Shown: one piece after another, positions 58,151 to 64,000 of the stretch | Layout: the number at the start of each line of letters is the position of its first letter | Position numbering within the stretch: the first letter of the stretch is position 1 | Source: Amoebophrya sp. A120 | Taxonomy: Eukaryota; Protista; Dinoflagellata | NCBI GenBank assembly: GCA_905178155.1 | Contig: CAJINV010000001.1 | Coordinates: 10,906,311-10,970,310, forward strand | DNA length: 64,000 nt | Direction: 5' to 3' | Notes under the pieces: model-generated | Databases searched by the model: none | Told to the model about the DNA's origin: nothing | What the model saw: only the letters and a program-made list of their open reading frames with translations | Made by a program: the position numbers and the translations under genes

Positions 58151-61100
58151 ATGGGCGGAGGCGGAGAGGGGAGCAGTAACCAGAAGGCTCCGTTCTTCAA
58201 CATCACCCGTATTCGGGTACCCGGTTACATTGCGAAACAGCGCGCCCACCACGAGAGTACCAGTGGGCTCTTCTGCCTGTTGATTGAGGACAACAAGAAA
58301 GGCAAGGGGTTTTTCCGGAAGCACTTGTCGAAATGCACCCCTGCCGTAAGCGAAGGCATGCAGGCGCTCGGGCTGCGGAAGAAACGGCGGAAGCGGCGGG
58401 TGGAGGAGTATTGCAAGGAAAAATCCCCCCTCCCCATATTGAAAACATGTCCTTCCGAAAATTTGTGATGCAGATTTGTGACCACAAATCGAATCCTGTC
58501 TGTCTTGCCAGAAGACAAATCTAGAGAGTCCGCCGCGAGATGCAGGCGGTTTGTAATGCTGCAAGGCCTACATGGCAGACGTCTGCCATGCTAGGTTCCT
58601 ACACCAAAAAACACCCCCTCGCGCTTGCGATCTGCGTGCAGTGCTCTCCTGCAAGACAGGTGTGATTTGTGTACACGAATCCCGCATCACAGTTTCTGTT
58701 TTGATATGGGGAGGGGGGATTTTTCATTTTGATAAGGAGCACGCTGCCTTGGAAGCGAGCGGCGCGGTGACGATCCGCACCCGTGCGATCGAAGACACCA
58801 GCCACCCCACCTGGGAGGCGTATTCCTATCGGAACAAGGTGATCATTCCCCAGCCGCTGTTCCGCGTGAAGAACGGCATGAAGCTCCTGGTCGCGGTGTA
58901 CCGCGACCTGCGGGGGGAAGATACGCCGCTGACGGAGGCGAAGGCACGGATCACGCAGGAAGGCCGGATTCTGCTGCCCGGCTTTCCGTTTGACATCGAG
59001 GTCACGGTCACCGCGGCCTCGTTCCGGCCCTTTCGGATCGAGAACTGCAAGGACAACATCCCCTGGCGACCGAAAACGCGGGAAGAAATGGAACGGCTGT
59101 GGCAGCCGCTGGCGGAGGTGGCGCAGGTGGAGGACTACAATTTCCCCGTGGACATCACGGACATTATGGAGCGGCAGTTCGTGAACGACATCGTTTTGAT
59201 GTTCAACACCCTGTTCCCGACCAAAAAGGCCATCGCGGATCTGCTGTGGAACCAGGATCGCACCTTCTGGGAGAAGGCGCGGGTCAAGTACTCGCAGACG
59301 CTGGCCGGGAAGCTGTCCGCAAACGCAGGCGCAGCGTCCGTCCCGGTGCCGCCACCGAAGAATGCATCAATGTTGCCAGCAGCGGCCGCATTAATTGCAA
59401 ATCCAGCAACTCAACAACAGCAGGTATTGAGCAAGTCTGCGCTGCGAAACTTAAGCAGCTACACGGCAACCTCATCGATAAGTAACGCGAGTCAGATCGG
59501 GGTGGCTCTGGCTGGCTCCTCGCCCACCAGTTGTACAACCGGGAACGTGGCTGTGCAGAAGAAGGTTTCAGCTGCTGCTTCGATCGAAGGCTCGGCGAGC
59601 CGGACCCTGCTTGCCGTCGATGACGCGGAGCCAAATACTAAATCAGCGGGCATGAGTCTTTCTCCGAGCAAGAACGAAGGAACAAGATTACACGTCGAAA
59701 CCGCATCGTCGATTGTGAGCACGCCCGCGCACGGAAGTGCGCTCTCAAGTCCGACCAAGAGGGGCCACGCGTCTGACAACTTTGGTGCCTTGGCGTCGCG
59801 CAGGCGCGAAGTGGAGCAAAGCCTGGAAACGCTGCAGCTGAAGGTGATGTTCATGCGCAGACTGTTTCTGTGCATTGCAACGTGTGGCCTGTACACAACG
59901 GACGTGCCGAACTCCGCGACGAATCAACTGTGGCCTTTTCCCCTGGCAACGGTTTTTGGACACGGAAGTCGCGTCTTGTTCCAACTCGAAGGGGTGTCTC
60001 CCGTCGATTTTCTGCACTTCCTGTTCACGGGCAGCGTTCCCGAACCGGAGCAGCCGGCGTCCCCGAGCAAAAGTCCGGAGCGCCGCCGGTCCGTGCGGCT
60101 GCAGTTGGACGAGCAAGACCAGAGCAAGTTCGCGCTGCCCGACGAGAGCGTCGCTGTTCCGGCAGCGGACGAGATCCACCGCCCGGAGCCCGTTTCCGGC
60201 ATGATGAAGAGCACGTTCAGCATCGTCGCCTCCGCCAGTCCCGCCTCGATGCTGCAAAAACGCGCAGCGACCTCGTCCAAGCAATCCGCCGCGCCGGTCG
60301 ACGCCGGCGCCGACATCGGCGGGCGCTCGGTGAGTGTCCAGGCATTGAACGTGAATGCTGCGACGTCGGTGTCTACTTCCGTCTCCCCGTCCAAAACAGG
60401 AGGAGGCGCAGTAGTTGACCACACCTCGTTAACATCAAATAGTACGCATCAGCACCCGCCTTCCGCCACCGCGTCTTCTGCGATGCTGGTGTCCTCGCCC
60501 TCGCATGCGGCTCCGAACAAGGGGACAACGCCCGAGCGGCACGGACTTTTTACCGCGCATTCCCAGACGGACATCCGCGTGCTGCAAGTGCTGTCGAAGC
60601 TGCCCCTCGCAAAGCGGGCCGCGGCCACGCACAAGGTCGAACGACGCGGGGAGCACCACCTGGAAAGTGGGCTCGCCTTCACCGATGAGAATCTGCTGGC
60701 CGGGGCGCTGCTGGTCGAGCGCGTTTTGAAGCCGTGGCAGGCACTGAGCCAGGGCTACGAGATCCTCGTGGACGGCAAGCGCGGGAAGCACTGGGGCCTC
60801 GATCTTCCCGTCGGCGGCGCGGGAAACCCGAAGAAAGTGCACGACGGGAAAGCAGGTTCGTAGCTCTCCTGGTGAACAAACCTGCGTTCTTCTTTATGTA
60901 GCTCGATTCTTGTATACATGCTTTTTTTTTTGGTTTTGTCCTTTCGACAGTCCGTTGTTTTTCGATCGGAAGCAAGACGGTGGCACACAGTGATGAAATT
61001 TCACAAAAATTTCAGGTTTTGTGGGCTTCAACGGAGAGCTGTTCCAACTGCTGCCCTCCGCGACTTACGAGGGGCTGTCCATCGGGGCGCGGAGCCAAGG

Positions 61101-64000
61101 CTACCGTGGCGGCGCGGGGACGACCTTTACACTGCTGCGCGACGTGCTCGGGCGGTTGCCGCTGGTCAGCTGGGTACTCGGCAGCAGCGAGCTCGGTCCG
61201 GAGGACCCGAGCCGAAAGAAGAGCAACCACCCGGGCGCAAACAAGTACGCCACGGGAGCTGCAACGGGGGACGGGAAATCCGCGCGCCGAGACTTGACGG
61301 GCGCATCCGCAAGCGTCGTGGACGACACGGCATCGAGCACCGTGGGCTCGGCGCGCAGGCAGCTGCACCTGAGCGGTTCCGTGCGAGGGCTCATTGTCGA
61401 CGACGGGCTTGCCGGCCTGGCGAGCACGACGTCCAGTCTGCGTTCTATGCAAGATAACGGCGCTCCTGGAGGGGGTGGTCCCACGGGAGTCGAAAGCGTC
61501 GCCTCGTACGCGGCGCGCTCGACCAGCACGCAGCGCAAGCATCGCGGAGGGCCCAAGGCAAATCAGCAGCACGTGCTTCCTCGTGTCACCTTCAGCAACC
61601 GTGCCACTCTGTTCATGGAAAAGTCCAACTCGTTCGCCAACTTCAGCGGAAACATTCGGCGGCACCTTTCGGAACGAACCCGACACGGTGTCACGAAAGT
61701 CATGTCGCTGGGAGGTGGGTCTCGGAACTTGCTTCGGACAAAGGAGAAAAGCGCGGGCGGGCACCGCAGCAAGGTCGATGGTGGAACAGCGGAGAATCAT
61801 GTGTCACCAGGCAAAGGCAACACTACTGACGACCTCACCTCGGAAGCAAGCGAGTTTTCGGGCAATAGCAACGTCGACGACCAGAGCACTGTGGTACATA
61901 AACAAAGTAAATACTCCAAATCCTAGCTTTCTTAAGTGGTTTTAGACCGGTCACTGAAGTCTAAAAACTTCTTTGCTTTCTTTGAACTTCCTTATCCGTG
62001 AAAGTAGATAGGGCTAGGCAGACATCGCACTAATATTTATGTGCATGTTCTTGTTGAGGTCTCGATCTCGTCCACCTCTGCAGGAGCCCGTGCGCATGAT
62101 CCCAAAAAATTATTTGCCCTTACAACTACTACTACATCACTACCAGTTCACCTCTGCATCCGCGACCGGAGCGGACATTCACCGTTCCTCCACACCCCCG
62201 CAGAAGAAGAAATGGAAGCGATCCATTCGCGTGGTCGGAGGCGTGCAGAACGGCCACGTGTACCTTCGCGTGTATGGTGGTCTCAAACGTTGCATGGGTC
62301 GCTGACTGTGAAAAGGTGCCCTTTGTACGGAGTGCGTTCGTGTGTTCGGTCGGATTTGCGTCACGAAATCATGGCACAGCGATCAATGTAACGTTTGAGA
62401 ACCCCATAGCATGGACGAGGAGGTGGATGAGTTGCAGGTGGAACAGGAGACAGATCCGTCCGCCAGCGAGCGAAACCTTTCGACGTACGGGACGAACAAT
62501 AGGGGCAGTCTGGATGGCATTCACGCGGACCTTGCGCGCGCCGCGAACAACAGTGGGGTACTCGCGGCCCGGATTTCCGGGCTCACAGGCGACGGCGGCC
62601 GCACGCCCGGCGGGCCGTTGGAGGACGGCCGGCCGCTGCATGACTTGGTGAACCCGGCATCGCCGGGGGCGCCGGTTGCGGTACTGAACAAGAACCTACC
62701 GGGGCTCTCCGCGGTGCCCAGCTCTTCCAACTCGGGGACCAGTCTGAAGAGAAGCAGCGACCCCGCGGCGGAGCAAGCGTGGCGTGGCAAAATATACGGG
62801 ATCTGCGATCGCTTGTTGCATGAGGCGAACGGCTCCGCTGACGGAGGCTCTTCGTGCGGCGTCACCGAGAAAACGCTCGCCGCACCGCCCTCGATCGAGG
62901 TTTTGCGGCAGGTTCTTTCCAATCACTTTGGCGTCGCGCTCGAGCAGTTTGGCAAAGGGTCCGCGAAGTCACTCGAAGCTTTCTACGAGGAGCTGTGTAG
63001 CGGGGAGTCGGCGCTCGCGATTTGCATGAATTACGAACACCAGCAGAACGCCGCACGCTCGCATTCGGTGACCGACCAACTTGCTGGAACCGCGTTAACG
63101 CGCGACTCGTCGAAGGGCGCGGCGTCGTCGAAAACGAGGCTCGAGCACGACTTGAATGTCAAGTTGTCCGATGTTTTTTTGGAACAGCACGCCGACCAGC
63201 GATCCGCAGCGTCGACGCTAGAAGAGAACAAGTCCGCGCCTCTGTCACCGCGGTCCCTTGCCGACACGACAGGGGGCCGGCTGGGCGTGACTTCGAAGGA
63301 GATGGTTACCATTCGCGAGGATGCTGTCATGGCGCAGCTGCCGGAGGACGACAGTCGAATGACGAGCAAAAACGGTCCCCTGTCCTCGTCACTCCGGTCC
63401 CCGAACTACAGCAACGGTTTGGGAAGTCCGTCCAGTCCCGCGGACAGTGCGCCGTCTTCCGATCACACGAATTTGCTTGCCAGCGCCGTACTGGGGAAGC
63501 GGGCGAGGAGCAAAAACAGTGGTGAGCAGATGGACGGGTCGGTGTGCGGTATGGAACTACATCACAACGGAATGTTGAACAACTCGGCAACGCCGGCCAA
63601 TGGAACTTCTACGCAAGAAAAGCAGCAGGAAGACGATCTCCAGGAAGAAGTTTGCAGTTTGGCGAGCGAGAAGGTGGAGCCGCTGGAGTACCCGCCTATG
63701 GCCTTGGAGTGCGCGCTACAACTGGGTCGTGGCGAGGTTTCGATGTTTGCGGACGGCAATGGTAGCATGCCGGGCGCGAAGTCGCCGGTAACGCTCTCTT
63801 TGGTTCGGCGCGTGGCTCCGGTAATCGTGCTGATTCGGTCGCGGGGGAAGATTCTGGTGCGTACCTGTGAAATCAGCGAGGACGACCGGTTGGTGTCGAC
63901 CGCGCCGCTGTTACCGGGCGCGAAGCGTCGGCCCAGCGAGCCTTGGCGGGATTGCGTGTACCGGATGTTGGCGGACGATTTGCATTTGGACGCCGAGAAC
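58151..64000 (+). CDS. Large multidomain protein: C2-like, Ntox11-like and Nudix-like domains (runs off the window)
   Basis: C2-like RTRAIEDTSHPTW...LLVAVYRD; Ntox11-like GHGSRV, RAAATH, WGLDLPVGGAGN, NGHVYL; Nudix-like FGKGSAKSLEAFYEELCSGES...LPGAKRRPSEPWRDCVYRMLADDL. Introns are 60856-61015 (GT-AG), about 61894-62082, and two introners. Confidence 0.7.
58409..58734. mobile_element. TIR introner, family C copy 2 (inverted relative to 36064)
   Basis: Same TIR core GAAAAATCCCCCCTCCCCATAT; TSD AGGAG; frame restored (RRVEEHAALEAS). Confidence 0.92.
62273..62408. mobile_element. TIR introner, family D-related, 136 bp
   Basis: 32-bp imperfect TIR TATGGKGKTCTCAAACGTTRCAT; TSD GCGTG/GCATG. Frame restored (GHVYLRVDEEVDEL) into an ORF that appears open to 64000. 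Confidence 0.87.

Noticed and set aside
1009-61800. Numerous 100-400 aa minus-strand ORFs (e.g. 16633-17595, 21916-23028, 32430-33683)
   Set aside because: Antisense shadows of GC-rich + strand coding exons with no recognisable domains.
1-64000. Autonomous DNA transposase, tRNA, rRNA or CRISPR array
   Set aside because: None recognised by eye; the mobiliser of the TIR elements must be encoded elsewhere.

Overview
Eukaryotic, intron-containing DNA in which essentially all host genes lie on the + strand. The features are most consistent with a syndinian dinoflagellate such as Amoebophrya (inference from the unidirectional gene cluster and inverted-repeat non-canonical introns). The dominant hidden structure is 15 short (136-500 bp) non-coding elements from about 8 sequence families. 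All begin TAT and end ATA and carry terminal inverted repeats (TIRs). Fourteen have a 5-bp target-site duplication (TSD), they sit inside coding exons in either orientation, and removing the element plus 5 nt restores the reading frame: MITE-like introners that mostly lack GT-AG ends. One has a precise empty-site duplicate 1.1 kb away, and the unrelated families share an internal GCAT(C/G)ACAAAT motif. The window also holds a complete, very young Ty1/copia LTR retrotransposon on the - strand with no tRNA-type primer-binding site (PBS), and a pair of probably intronic box C/D snoRNAs. Reconstructed genes include a JGT/GREB1-type DNA-base glycosyltransferase candidate, a C2-Ntox11-Nudix-like multidomain protein, a Cif-like papain-fold protein, an FkbM methyltransferase, a J-domain protein, a TPR protein and an EF-hand protein. 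Domain calls are by-eye motif recognition, not database searches.
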